From positions 1 to 62,435 of the forward strand of contig JAMPCO010000004.1 of NCBI GenBank assembly GCA_023666145.1: 62,435 nt of DNA, written 5' to 3'. The translations under genes were made by a program, and so were the position numbers. The stretch comes from Prevotella sp. (GTDB taxonomy: Bacteria; Bacillota; Clostridia; Christensenellales; UBA1242). The first letter of the stretch is position 1. Each line of letters begins with the position of its first letter. The notes beneath the pieces were generated by a model, which was given only the letters and a program-made list of their open reading frames with translations, made no database searches and had not been told where the DNA came from. Of this stretch, positions 1 to 11,817 are shown in pieces.

Positions 1-55
1 TCGCGCTTGTTTCGGGTGCAAGAGGCAGTGGGTTCAATTCCCGCCACCCCGACCA
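1..55 (+). tRNA. tRNA-Pro(CGG), 5' part cut by window edge
   Basis: Anticodon arm CTTGT-TTCGGGT-GCAAG, T-loop GGTTCAATTCC, ends in CCA at 53-55. Confidence 0.9.
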
Positions 56-112
56 TAAGCATTGGTTATAATTTCCCGAAGATAAATTCAGAAATTAAAA
101 GGATTGATACGA

Positions 113-907
113 ATGATTGAAAAAGTTAATCCCGCCCATCCCGATAAGGTTGCCGATTGCATTGCGGGTGCAATTGTTGATTGGGCTTACCAACAGGACG
201 AAAATCCCCGCATTGCGGTGGAAGTGTTGGCCGGACATGGAATTTGTACCATTATCGCCGAATCCAGTGTGAAATTACCACGCAAAATCGTGGTTGGAAT
301 TGTCCGTCGTATCGCGGGTAATTTGCACGTACGTTTGAAAGTGGTGCCACAAGACCCATCTTTGGCATTGAACCAAAGTGCTGGTTTGCGTTGCGGCGAT
401 AATGGCATTTTCAAAGGTGTCCCTTTAACCGCAGAAGAAAAAGCCTTATCCCAGATTGCGCATGAAATTTATCAAGATTGCCCCTACGATGGCAAATATG
501 TTTTGGACGGGAAAAAATTGATTATTTGCCAAAGCAATACGCACGGTGCTGACTTGAAAAAACATTATGATCAAGCGGGTTATCAAACTTTGGTTAACCC
601 GTTGGGTGATTGGTCGGGGGGAACCGATGTTGATACGGGTGCCACCAACCGCAAATTGGGGAGTGACCTTGGACACAGTGTTACTGGTGGCGGTATCCAC
701 GGGAAAGATTTATCCAAAGCCGATGTCAGCGTGAACATTTATGCCTTTTTGCAAGCCCAAAAAACGGGTAAGGTGGTGGAATTGTCTTGTGCCATTGGCG
801 ATACGACGATTGACGGTCAACCTTATGCGGCAATAATTGAGGTCGCACGCACATACGTGCAACAAATCGGTGGCTTTGAGAAGTTAGCCGAATGGGGCCT
901 GTATTAA
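113..907 (+). CDS. metK: Short (264 aa) S-adenosylmethionine synthetase-like protein
   Basis: MetK motifs HPDK, GDNG, DGK, GATNRKL, GGGxHGKDxSKAD; ATG at 113 follows AAAAGGA; much shorter than canonical ~390 aa. Confidence 0.75.
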   Translation: MIEKVNPAHPDKVADCIAGAIVDWAYQQDENPRIAVEVLAGHGICTIIAESSVKLPRKIVVGIVRRIAGNLHVRLKVVPQDPSLALNQSAGLRCGDNGIFKGVPLTAEEKALSQIAHEIYQDCPYDGKYVLDGKKLIICQSNTHGADLKKHYDQAGYQTLVNPLGDWSGGTDVDTGATNRKLGSDLGHSVTGGGIHGKDLSKADVSVNIYAFLQAQKTGKVVELSCAIGDTTIDGQPYAAIIEVARTYVQQIGGFEKLAEWGLY

Positions 908-958
908 GTCCGAAAATACCCTTGATAAAATTATCGGATTCAGGCTAAAATTAACTTA

Positions 959-2029
959 GTGATGACGCGGAAAACCATTTTGTATCGGATCGTTCCCGTT
1001 TGTGCGGTGGTGGTTGTGTTGATTTTTGACGTGCTCCTGATTCCTTTATTGTCGCTTTATGACGCCGACCAAGTTATTGCCCACGATGCCAGCACCTATG
1101 TTCGGATTGGTGAAATCTACCGTAACCCAGACAATGTCCAACTGCTGTACAATCTGTTGCTGGGGAAAAGTGCTGTTAACTTAGATCAAATCTATCAGCA
1201 GGCAGCCATTAAACGTACGGCCAGTTATTTCCGCAAACAAACTTATCAAAAAGAAAGTGGGCAAAATCTGCAAGTAACTTTTGGTGGGTTGGCGTGGCAA
1301 GTGTGCTATTTATCCTTGACAGGGCAGGAAGGCGATGCGGATCGGATACCCATTTTGACTTTGTTATTGGCGGATACTGATCAGTTATCAATGTTCCAAA
1401 CTTGGCGAACATATGATGATTTTGCTGCAACTTATCCGTCGAATTTATATGGTACCAGTTATCTGCGGGCAGTAACCATGAATAACGGGGGACAATATGC
1501 CACGGGGCGGGATACTTTAACAACGGCAACGCCAAACAAAAATCACCCCTGGGCCATTTTTACCATGGAGGGGATTGCTGGGTCAGTGACCGATGCGATT
1601 ATCAAACCCAGCCAGGTGGCGTGGCAGGAAAATCAATCCGCCATTGATGCTGGTACCAATACGGATAACTTTTTTAACGAGGCTTGGGGTGTACCGAGTA
1701 ATGATGCTGTCCGTGAATCATTGCGAGCGGATTATCGTCAAAAAGTCGGGTATGATTGTTGGCAAGATGATTACTTGTGGTTACCCAGTTACACCGAAAT
1801 TGGTGGTTATGTTGATGAACAGTATCACGGAATTTGGCATTTAGCGGGGAACCAACGGCGCTGTGGCAAGCAATACTGGTTGCGTTCGGTTTACCAAAAC
1901 GACACTGAGGGGGTGGCGCAACTTACCGCCAAAGCGGAGTTCGATTACATGATTGTTAATAATGGGGGGTATTATGTGTTACCTGCTTTGCATTTGAATT
2001 TGGGCGCGGAGTCCTTACGTGCGGCGTAA
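959..2029 (+). CDS. Membrane-anchored/secreted hypothetical protein with DUF6273-like C-terminal domain
   Basis: N-terminal hydrophobic helix; C-terminal WLPSxxE ... YWLRS ... VLPALHLNL pattern; TTGATA-18-TAAAAT ends 7 nt before the GTG. Confidence 0.55.
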   Translation: MMTRKTILYRIVPVCAVVVVLIFDVLLIPLLSLYDADQVIAHDASTYVRIGEIYRNPDNVQLLYNLLLGKSAVNLDQIYQQAAIKRTASYFRKQTYQKESGQNLQVTFGGLAWQVCYLSLTGQEGDADRIPILTLLLADTDQLSMFQTWRTYDDFAATYPSNLYGTSYLRAVTMNNGGQYATGRDTLTTATPNKNHPWAIFTMEGIAGSVTDAIIKPSQVAWQENQSAIDAGTNTDNFFNEAWGVPSNDAVRESLRADYRQKVGYDCWQDDYLWLPSYTEIGGYVDEQYHGIWHLAGNQRRCGKQYWLRSVYQNDTEGVAQLTAKAEFDYMIVNNGGYYVLPALHLNLGAESLRAA

Positions 2030-2049
2030 AAAAAAATGGCAAAAAAGTG

Positions 2050-2078
2050 TTGACAAGCATAAAATATGCGTATAATAT
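2050..2078 (+). promoter_or_regulatory. sigA-type promoter of the hrcA-dnaK operon
   Basis: TTGACA at 2050-2055; TATAAT at 2071-2076 (15-nt spacer) or TAATAT at 2073-2078 (17-nt spacer). Confidence 0.7.
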
Positions 2079-2104
2079 TAGCAGTACAAGGAGGTGGGTG
2101 CTAG
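2078..2104 (+). promoter_or_regulatory. CIRCE operator (HrcA binding site)
   Basis: TTAGCAGTA-N9-GGGTGCTAG versus consensus TTAGCACTC-N9-GAGTGCTAA, directly upstream of hrcA; the N9 spacer contains the SD AAGGAGGT. Confidence 0.85.
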
Positions 2105-2107
2105 CAA

Positions 2108-3157
2108 ATGGCAAAACTGTCAAACAGGTTGGAAAGTTTGTTGATGGTCAGCGTGGAAGAGTACATCCGTAATGCGGTGCCGATTGCGTCGGGAACTTTG
2201 GCGAACCGCGGCGACTTTGCGAAATCATCGGCAACCATTCGCAACGACTTGAAAACGTTGGAGCAAATGGGCTACCTGCGTCAAGTGCATACCAGTGGCG
2301 GACGTGTTCCGACCACGATGGGATACCGCGCTTACGTGAACAAAGTGCTGGGCGAAATGAACATCAAAGCAGGCGAATTGTCGTTCGCTGCCAACACGGT
2401 TTCCGCACGGGTGCAAAGTTTGCCGTCAATTGTCCAAGACATTACCGAAAAAATTACGGCGGCGTTTAATTTCCCCGTGGTGGTTAAAACCAAGTTTGCG
2501 ACGTTGCATGTGGTCGATGTTATGTTGGTGCCGCTGGTCGAAGGTGATACGATGATTCTGATTAAAACCAGCGCGGGCAGCCTGAACGGAACGTTACACA
2601 CCAATGTGCCGTTAACGGACAAACAAGCCGAAGACGCCAGTGCGGCGTTGAATACCAAAGTGCGCGGTTTGACTTTGCAACAAATGCTGGAAAGTCTGGC
2701 AACCATTGCCGCAGGAATTCGTCAGGATCTCGGTTTCTTCGATGAACTGTGCCAAGGCATCAGTAAACAATTGGAAAAGTTTATTGACACCAATATCAAC
2801 CGCAATTTGAACACCATTAAATTGTTGGAGATTCCCGAATATCACAACATCGAACGTGTGCGTCAAATCAGCAAAGCGGTCAGTGATGATGCGACCATGA
2901 GTAAAGCCTTGGATGCGGACGATACCGTGGTGATTGGTGCCGAAATTGACGACCAACTGTTGGCGGATAGTTCCATCATCAAGTTCAACTACAACGTTTG
3001 TGGTGAAAACGTGGCTAGCATCGGCTTGGTCGGCCCCGACCGCATTGATTATAAGCAGTTAATCATTGCCTTGTACGCGTTGTTATCGCAAACCAAAGAA
3101 CAACGTTTATTGGTAAATCAAACAGGAGGTAAAAATGAAGCAAACAAAAAACGTTGA
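2108..3157 (+). CDS. hrcA: Heat-inducible transcription repressor HrcA
   Basis: SSATIRNDL...HTSGGRVPT..GYR, C-terminal IGLVGPDRIDY; first gene before grpE-dnaK. Confidence 0.95.
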   Translation: MAKLSNRLESLLMVSVEEYIRNAVPIASGTLANRGDFAKSSATIRNDLKTLEQMGYLRQVHTSGGRVPTTMGYRAYVNKVLGEMNIKAGELSFAANTVSARVQSLPSIVQDITEKITAAFNFPVVVKTKFATLHVVDVMLVPLVEGDTMILIKTSAGSLNGTLHTNVPLTDKQAEDASAALNTKVRGLTLQQMLESLATIAAGIRQDLGFFDELCQGISKQLEKFIDTNINRNLNTIKLLEIPEYHNIERVRQISKAVSDDATMSKALDADDTVVIGAEIDDQLLADSSIIKFNYNVCGENVASIGLVGPDRIDYKQLIIALYALLSQTKEQRLLVNQTGGKNEANKKR

Positions 3158-3656
3158 GCAACAACCGAAGGCTGCGGAAACACCAACGACAACGGCGGAA
3201 CAAACCATCGACACAACCAAATTGATTGCGGAATTGGAAGCCAAAGCCAAAGCCAATTTGGATTTAGCGAAATACCAAAAAGCCGAATTTGAAAATTACA
3301 AACGCCGCAACCAAAATGCAGTTACCGCCGCGTTTCAAGAGGGACAAACCTACGTCATCAACCAGTTACTACCGATTTATGACGGGGTGGTGGAAGCCGG
3401 TAAAAAAATTGCGGATCCAGCGGATTTGGCGGGGTTTGAAATCATTCGCAAAAAACTGGATCAATTGTTCCAACAGTTAGGGATTGAAGCCATTGTCACC
3501 AAAGACCAACCGTTCGATCCAAAACTGCACAACGCGGCGGCGGTCGAAAAAGTGGACGGAGTTGCCCCTGACCAAATCTTGGAAGAATGGCAAACAGGCT
3601 TTACCTTCCACGGACACGTGTTGCGTCCCGCCATGGTGAAAGTGTCGGGGTCATAA
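3135..3656 (+). CDS. grpE: Nucleotide exchange factor GrpE
   Basis: AEFENYKRR, FDPKLHNA, LRPAMVKV motifs; synteny. Confidence 0.95.
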   Translation: MKQTKNVEQQPKAAETPTTTAEQTIDTTKLIAELEAKAKANLDLAKYQKAEFENYKRRNQNAVTAAFQEGQTYVINQLLPIYDGVVEAGKKIADPADLAGFEIIRKKLDQLFQQLGIEAIVTKDQPFDPKLHNAAAVEKVDGVAPDQILEEWQTGFTFHGHVLRPAMVKVSGS

Positions 3657-3704
3657 TCATATCAATGAAAAAATGACAAATTCTATTGATAAATAAAAAA
3701 ATAA

Positions 3705-5524
<1,820 letters not shown>

Positions 5525-5525
<1 letters not shown>

Positions 5526-6670
5526 TGACTAATCCATACGAAGCATTAGGAGTAAGCAAAAACGCGAGTGCCGACGAAATTAAGTCGGCATATCGCCGTT
5601 TAGCGAAAAAATATCATCCCGACGCCAATCCGAATAACAAGGCAGCCGAAGAAAAGTTCAAAGAAATTAACGCTGCCTATGAGATTTTGAATGACCCCCA
5701 AAAAAAAGCCAATTTTGACCGTTTCGGTTCCGCCGATGGTCCCAGTTTCGGGGGCGGGGCTGGTGGTGCAGGTTTCAGCGGCTTCGATTTCAGCAGTTTT
5801 GGTGGTTTTGGCGACATCTTTGAAAACATCTTTGACCAAGGTATTGACGGCTTGTTTGGCGGACGACGCACTGGCCGTGCGCGTACCGCCCGTGGCAGTG
5901 ACATCGTGATTGACACGGACATCACGTTTGAAGAAAGTTGTAATGGTACAACCAAGAATATTATCTTTAACCGTAATGAACGTTGTCCTGATTGCCACGG
6001 TACGGGGGCGAAAGACGACCAAAGTTTACAGACGTGCAGTTACTGCCATGGGGCGGGGCAAGTTAAACAAACGCAACGGTTGAGTGCCTTCGGTGTGATT
6101 GAGAATGTGGTCACTTGTCCCGTTTGCCACGGTAGCGGTAAAATGATTACCGAAAAATGTAAAACTTGCAGTGGCAAAGGCAATTTGAAAAAACAGGTTT
6201 CCTCCAAAGTCAATATCCCCGCGGGGATTGACGATGGTCAAACTTTAACCATCAGTGGGGAAGGCAACATGGCGGCGGGTGCTGCGGGTATCTCGGGCGA
6301 TTTGCACATTCGCATCCACGTTGCGAAACACCCAATTTTAATGCGCGAAGATTTCGATTTGTACATGGAACTGCCGATTACTTTCACGCAAGCCATTTTA
6401 GGTACCAAAGTAAAAATTCCCGTGGTGGGTGGCAGCATGGAATTGGAAATTCCACCGAATACGCAAAATGGTACTATCCGCCGCATTCACGGCAAAGGCG
6501 TCAAAAAACTGCGTTCGCTGGGTACGGGAGATTTAATTGTCAAGATTTTTGTGGAAATGCCGAAGACCGTCGACAAGCGGACAGCACAGTTGCTGCAAGC
6601 CTTGGATACCGATATTCGCGCCGACAGTTATAAAAAAGTTGCGTCATACCGCAGCAAGGTATACAATTGA
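5525..6670 (+). CDS. dnaJ: Chaperone DnaJ
   Basis: J-domain HPD, G/F-rich linker, four CxxCxGxG repeats. Confidence 0.98.
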
Positions 6671-6692
6671 AACGTTAGGGGGGCTCGGGGCA

Positions 6693-7652
6693 ATGATGAA
6701 TGGGGACGTTATTGAACCGAGCAATCTTAATTTTCGGCACGTGCCCGTCTTGTTACCCGAATGTTTGGACGCGTTGCAATTGAAACCAAACGCAATTGTG
6801 GTTGATGCCACTTTGGGTGGTGCTGGTCACAGTCGCGAAATCGTGAAACACATCAGCGGCGGTACCTTGATCGGTTTGGATCGAGATACCGCCGCTTTGC
6901 AGTTTAGTGCCAATGTTTTAGCGGAAACGCACAACGTGGAAATCCGTTTAGTTAAATGTAATTTCTGCGCTATTGCCGAAGTCTTAAAGGGTTTAGGCGT
7001 TGACGCGGTTGACGCGATACTGGCGGATTTCGGGGTATCATCTTACCAAATTGATACGCCCGCCCGTGGTTTTTCGTACACGCAAGATGCACCCTTGGAT
7101 ATGCGTATGGATACCGATGCCACCAAGACCGCGGACGACATCGTCAATGGTTACCCAGAAAGTAAATTGGCCGATGTGCTTTGGCATTACGGCGAAGAAC
7201 GGTATGCACGGCGGATTGCGGCGTCAATCGTGGCGGCGCGTCCCATTCACAGCACGGGACATTTGGTCAAGGTCATTCAAAACGCGGTGCCGGCGGGTTA
7301 CGGTAAAACGGGCGGACACCCAGCCAAACGGACTTTTCAAGCCATCCGCATCGAAGTTAACCAAGAGTTAAACAGTATCCAAAAATTTTTGGATGATGCC
7401 ATCACAATGTTAAAGCCCAACGGTCGCTTGGCGGTCATCAGTTTCCACAGTTTGGAAGACCGCATCGTGAAACAAACTTTTAAACGTGCGGCGACCGATT
7501 GCTTGTGTCCACCCAAAATTCCGCAGTGTATTTGTCACCACCAGGCAACGGTAAAATTGTTGACAAAGAAGCCAATTTGTCCGACAATAGAAGAGACTAA
7601 ATCTAATCCGCGCAGTGCCTCCGCCAAACTGCGTGTGGTTTGCAAGTTATAG
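6693..7652 (+). CDS. rsmH: 16S rRNA m4C1402 methyltransferase RsmH (MraW)
   Basis: HVPVLL, DATLGGAGHS, PLDMRMD, ISFHSLEDRIVK, NPRSASAKLR; start moved to ATG 6693 after the dnaJ stop. Confidence 0.95.
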   Translation: MMNGDVIEPSNLNFRHVPVLLPECLDALQLKPNAIVVDATLGGAGHSREIVKHISGGTLIGLDRDTAALQFSANVLAETHNVEIRLVKCNFCAIAEVLKGLGVDAVDAILADFGVSSYQIDTPARGFSYTQDAPLDMRMDTDATKTADDIVNGYPESKLADVLWHYGEERYARRIAASIVAARPIHSTGHLVKVIQNAVPAGYGKTGGHPAKRTFQAIRIEVNQELNSIQKFLDDAITMLKPNGRLAVISFHSLEDRIVKQTFKRAATDCLCPPKIPQCICHHQATVKLLTKKPICPTIEETKSNPRSASAKLRVVCKL

Positions 7653-7659
7653 GAGGGTA

Positions 7660-8445
7660 ATGGCAACAGCAGTTGAAAGTCCCGGAATTGCATCTGCCAA
7701 GGAAGAGGCAGCGGCGATTTTGTTTGCGCGTCAACCGCAGACGCCGCCCGTCACGCTGAAGACCCCAGTGTTGGAAACGGCACCAACAGCACCAACACAA
7801 CCTGCCCGTCCACAATTCGCCAGTTACCATGACCCCATGCCAATGCCAACGCGACCAACAGCGGTTGACACTGCCACGTTCCGTCCGTACCAAAATTTTG
7901 ATGATGTACCCGTGGTTTCCGCACAACCGCAAGTGGTGCGTCCCTATATCGACAGTGGTGATTATTTATCTTCCGCGGTAGCGGCAACTTCGGTCGATGC
8001 ACCTGCACCCACACCTGTGGCTACGTCCGTCGCAGCGCCGAAAACCGTCACAGTAGCCCACAGCGCATTGGATACCGAACTGGAAGAAGATACCCAGTAC
8101 GTTGTTAAGTTCAAAAATTCCACGATTGTGGCGGCGACCATTATCGCCACAATTTTCTTATTGCTGGCGGTGTTGTGCGTGGTGAACATCGTGACGTTGG
8201 TGACCGCTTCTGCCGAAGTGAACGCGTTGTGGAACGAAAGTGCCGCCTTGAACCAAAGTTTGGACGCCGAAAAAGCCAGTTTAGAACAATCGCGACAGGA
8301 AGTTACCGCGAATGGATCAACCGCTACCCATACCATCAAATACGAAACATTGGAAAGCAGTGGCTATACGGCGCCCACGGACACCCCCGTGCATGGTGCT
8401 TTTTTTGACTGGCTGTGTCATGCGTTAAGTCAGTTATTCGGTTAA
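7660..8445 (+). CDS. FtsL-position membrane protein with long Pro/Thr/Ala-rich N-terminus
   Basis: SD AGGAGG; sits between rsmH and a class B PBP (the ftsL slot); single TM helix followed by a coiled-coil-like segment. Confidence 0.5.
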   Translation: MATAVESPGIASAKEEAAAILFARQPQTPPVTLKTPVLETAPTAPTQPARPQFASYHDPMPMPTRPTAVDTATFRPYQNFDDVPVVSAQPQVVRPYIDSGDYLSSAVAATSVDAPAPTPVATSVAAPKTVTVAHSALDTELEEDTQYVVKFKNSTIVAATIIATIFLLLAVLCVVNIVTLVTASAEVNALWNESAALNQSLDAEKASLEQSRQEVTANGSTATHTIKYETLESSGYTAPTDTPVHGAFFDWLCHALSQLFG

Positions 8446-8475
8446 TATTAAGAGCATTTTTCCATATACATGGCT

Positions 8476-10365
8476 ATGCGGCTTTATACGGCAACTAGTG
8501 AGAAGCGACGTTTGGTCGCTTTTTTTGCCGTCGCCATGGCAATCGTGGCGGTGCTCAGTGGTCGCTTAATTTATTTACAAATTTTTACGGGGCAAGTGTT
8601 GAAAGTCCGTGCCGCCGACCAATGGTATCGTGATTTACCGCTGATGGCCGAGCGTGGCACAATCTATGACACGAACGGGTTGGTTTTGGCAACTTCGACT
8701 TTGACATACAGTGTGTATTTACGCCCCGTGGCGGTAACCGACAAGGAAGGAACGGCGCGCACGATCGCCGATATTTTGGGATTATCTTATGAACGCGTAT
8801 TGCAAAAGGCCAGCAGTAAAACGGTCAGCGAATGGTTAATCAAGATGCAAGTCGACAAGGCAACCGCACTCAAATTGGTGGAGGCCCGGTTGGATGGTGT
8901 TTATTTAAGTCAAACTTATCAACGTTCTTATCCGATTGGCAGTGTTGGCGCCCAAGTGTTGGGGATTGTGAGTGTGGATAACCATGGGCAGGAAGGTTTG
9001 GAAGCGTACTATGACGAATCGTTGCGCGGGTTAGACGGACGCATTGCCAGCCAGAGTGATTTGCGGGGAATTAAGATTGAAGATGGGGTGGAGTACTACG
9101 TGCCTGCGGTGGCGGGACAGAGTTTGCAATTATACCTGGATGCGGGCATCCAAAACATTGTGCAGAACGTAATTTCCCGTGCGTATACCGAACACCAAGC
9201 CAAAAGTGTTGCCGCCTTAGTGGTGGACATTACCACGGGTGGTGTGGTGGCTTCGGCCAGTGCTCCTTATTACGATTTGAATGAACAGCCGCGTGATGAC
9301 GTGGTGGCATTACTGACCCAGATTAAAAATTCACCTATAATTAACGTTTTGGAACCAGGGTCGACTTTCAAAATTATTACCTTGGCGGCGGCTTTGGAAG
9401 AGGACGTGGTCAGTTTGGATGACAAGTTTCATTGTGCTGGGAGCCGTACCATTGCGGGCGAACGCATTAAATGTTGGAAGACCAAAGGACATGGTACGCA
9501 AACTTTGGCGGAAGGGGTCAACAATTCGTGCAACTGCGTGTTTATGGATTTGGCTTTGCGTTTGGGGGTTGAACGCTACTATCAATACCTGAAAAAATTT
9601 GGGATTGGAATTAAATCGGGCGTGGACTTTTACGGCGAACCGTCGGGCTTGCTACTGAACCAAAAACAAGTGCGTGATGTGGATTTGGCGCGGATGGGCT
9701 TTGGTCAAGCCATTGCGGTGTCGCCGATTCAATTCATTGCGACGGTCAGCGCTTTGGTCGGGGACGGGATGTTACGTACACCCCGTTTTGTACAGCAAGT
9801 GGGGGACAGCGTTTTGGACTCAAACGTGAAACAGCGCATCGTGTCACAACAAACCAGTACGACTTTAAGTCAATTGTTGTCTGGGGTGGTGAATCAAGGC
9901 AGTGGCAAGAAAGCGGCGGTTGCTGGGTATCAAATTGGTGGAAAAACGGGAACAGCACAAAAATACGCGGACGGGCATATTGCCGCGGGAAAATACGTTT
10001 CGTCGTTTTTGGGTTATCTGTCGGTTAATAGTGTGCCGCGTTATGCGTGTTATTTGTACGTCGATGAACCCAGCACTGGGGTTTATTATGGCAGCATTGT
10101 GGCGGCACCTTATGTTGGGGAAATTTTCCGCCAAATTACCGCTTACAAAAAATTACCGTTTGACGCCCAGTATGACAACGGCACGGGTACGGTGATGGTC
10201 GCAGTGCCGTCGGTGATAAATTTATCGGTCGAAGCGGCGGTGGCCTTGTTGGAAAAAGCGGGCTTCTTTGTGGAAGTCGACGGCGAAGGGGATTTGGTAA
10301 CGGGGTCATTCCCTGTGGAGGGAAGTAGCGTAAAAAAAGGCGAGCCAATCGTATTGTTCACTTAA
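8476..10365 (+). CDS. spoVD: Class B penicillin-binding protein, SpoVD/FtsI family, with C-terminal PASTA domain
   Basis: RGTIYD, EPGSTFK (SxxK), SCN (SxN), KTGT; followed by spoVA genes; alternative start 8470. Confidence 0.8.
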   Translation: MRLYTATSEKRRLVAFFAVAMAIVAVLSGRLIYLQIFTGQVLKVRAADQWYRDLPLMAERGTIYDTNGLVLATSTLTYSVYLRPVAVTDKEGTARTIADILGLSYERVLQKASSKTVSEWLIKMQVDKATALKLVEARLDGVYLSQTYQRSYPIGSVGAQVLGIVSVDNHGQEGLEAYYDESLRGLDGRIASQSDLRGIKIEDGVEYYVPAVAGQSLQLYLDAGIQNIVQNVISRAYTEHQAKSVAALVVDITTGGVVASASAPYYDLNEQPRDDVVALLTQIKNSPIINVLEPGSTFKIITLAAALEEDVVSLDDKFHCAGSRTIAGERIKCWKTKGHGTQTLAEGVNNSCNCVFMDLALRLGVERYYQYLKKFGIGIKSGVDFYGEPSGLLLNQKQVRDVDLARMGFGQAIAVSPIQFIATVSALVGDGMLRTPRFVQQVGDSVLDSNVKQRIVSQQTSTTLSQLLSGVVNQGSGKKAAVAGYQIGGKTGTAQKYADGHIAAGKYVSSFLGYLSVNSVPRYACYLYVDEPSTGVYYGSIVAAPYVGEIFRQITAYKKLPFDAQYDNGTGTVMVAVPSVINLSVEAAVALLEKAGFFVEVDGEGDLVTGSFPVEGSSVKKGEPIVLFT

Positions 10366-10384
10366 ATTTGGTAATAATTATGGT

Positions 10385-10831
10385 ATGGACAAGCAGGAAT
10401 ACGCGGCATACATCAAAAAGATTACGCCTAAAAGCAAAATCTGGACATCTTTGTTACGGGCGTTTGTAGTCGGTGGGTTGATTTGTTTGCTGGGTGAAGG
10501 TTTGGGTGCATTGTACAAAATGTGGTTACCCGCTTATGACCAAACGCAAATTGGGTCGTTAGTTTCGTGTACACTAATTTTATTGGCTTCAATTTTAACG
10601 GGTATTGGTGTGTACGATAAAATTGGTTATTTCTCGGGTGGTGGTTCCATTGTTCCGATTACGGGATTTTCCAACAGCATTACCAGTGCTGCAATGGAAT
10701 TCCGTAAAGAAGGGATTATTTTTGGGACGTGTGCCAATATGTTCAAAATTGCTGGCCCCGTCATTGTGGTCGGGGTCGCGGTCGCGATGTTATGCGGCTT
10801 AGGATATTTTATCGTGGGGTTGTTCGTATGA
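10385..10831 (+). CDS. spoVAC: Stage V sporulation protein AC
   Basis: AFVVGGLIC, GSIVPITGFSNS, MFKIAGPVI. Confidence 0.93.
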   Translation: MDKQEYAAYIKKITPKSKIWTSLLRAFVVGGLICLLGEGLGALYKMWLPAYDQTQIGSLVSCTLILLASILTGIGVYDKIGYFSGGGSIVPITGFSNSITSAAMEFRKEGIIFGTCANMFKIAGPVIVVGVAVAMLCGLGYFIVGLFV

Positions 10832-11817
10832 GTACCATTGTTTTTAAGCATCAACCAAGGATTGTGGGGTGGTATTCGGTGGCTGGCAAAAAAGAAAGTG
10901 AAGGCCCTTTGGGAGAAACGTTTTCGCGGATTGAAAAAGACGAATACTTTGGTGAAAAGACGCACGAAGGTGCCGAACGCAAATTCTTTGTGGCGGCGAT
11001 TCAAGGCGCCATTCAAGAGGCGGGCATCCAACCTGACGTGGTGTTTGCGGGGGATTTGCTAAACCAAATTGTGTCTTCGTCGTTTGCGATGCGGGATATT
11101 GGTTTGCCGTATGTCGGGGTTTACGGGGCTTGTTCCACGATGTCTTTGTCGTTGATTACGGCGGCTGCTTTCGTCGATGCGGGGCTGGTTCGTACCACCG
11201 TCGCGGCGGCGGGTTCACATTTTGCGACCGCGGAACGGCAATACCGCACGCCATTGGAATTTGGGAATCAGCGACCACCTAGTTCACAATGGACAGTGAC
11301 GGGCGCGGGTGCGACGGTTTTATCTAACCACAAAAAATCACGCATCGCGGTGACCTGTGCCACAATTGGGCGTGTCGTCGATTACGGCGTCAAAGACGTG
11401 AACAACATGGGGGCGGCCATGGCCCCCGCGGCAGCCGATACTTTGGCACGCCATTTTGCAAATACCAAAACCAAGCCTGCCGACTATGATGCCATCTTTT
11501 CGGGCGACTTGGGGCAGATTGGGGAAGAAGCCTTGCGTGATTTGTTAAAAGAAAAAGGTTATGAATTGGGCGAAAATTATCATGATTGCGGCAAATTGAT
11601 TTATGCTGGCAAACAGAAAGTGGATATGGGTGGTTCAGGCTGCGGTTGCAGCGCGGTGACGCTAAATGGATTTATTTTAAGTAAATTCAAGGCTGGTGAA
11701 TACCACAAGGTCATCTTTATGGCAACGGGGGCTTTGTTATCGCCGACGACCAGTTTCCAAGGCGAAACCATCCCTGGTATTGCCAATGCGGTTGTGATTG
11801 AGGAGGTAGCAGAATGA
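10828..11817 (+). CDS. spoVAD: Stage V sporulation protein AD (DPA-binding)
   Basis: GKKESEGPL, AGDLLNQ, GACST, AERQYRTPLEFG, GGSGCGCS; ATGA overlap with spoVAC. Confidence 0.95.
   Translation: MSTIVFKHQPRIVGWYSVAGKKESEGPLGETFSRIEKDEYFGEKTHEGAERKFFVAAIQGAIQEAGIQPDVVFAGDLLNQIVSSSFAMRDIGLPYVGVYGACSTMSLSLITAAAFVDAGLVRTTVAAAGSHFATAERQYRTPLEFGNQRPPSSQWTVTGAGATVLSNHKKSRIAVTCATIGRVVDYGVKDVNNMGAAMAPAAADTLARHFANTKTKPADYDAIFSGDLGQIGEEALRDLLKEKGYELGENYHDCGKLIYAGKQKVDMGGSGCGCSAVTLNGFILSKFKAGEYHKVIFMATGALLSPTTSFQGETIPGIANAVVIEEVAE

Noticed and set aside
6537-6692. Upstream extensions of track ORFs (rsmH, spoVAD, nrdG, gpr, 23530, 27723, 52183, 54484)
   Set aside because: They overlap neighbouring genes or promoters; downstream starts fit homology and start signals better.
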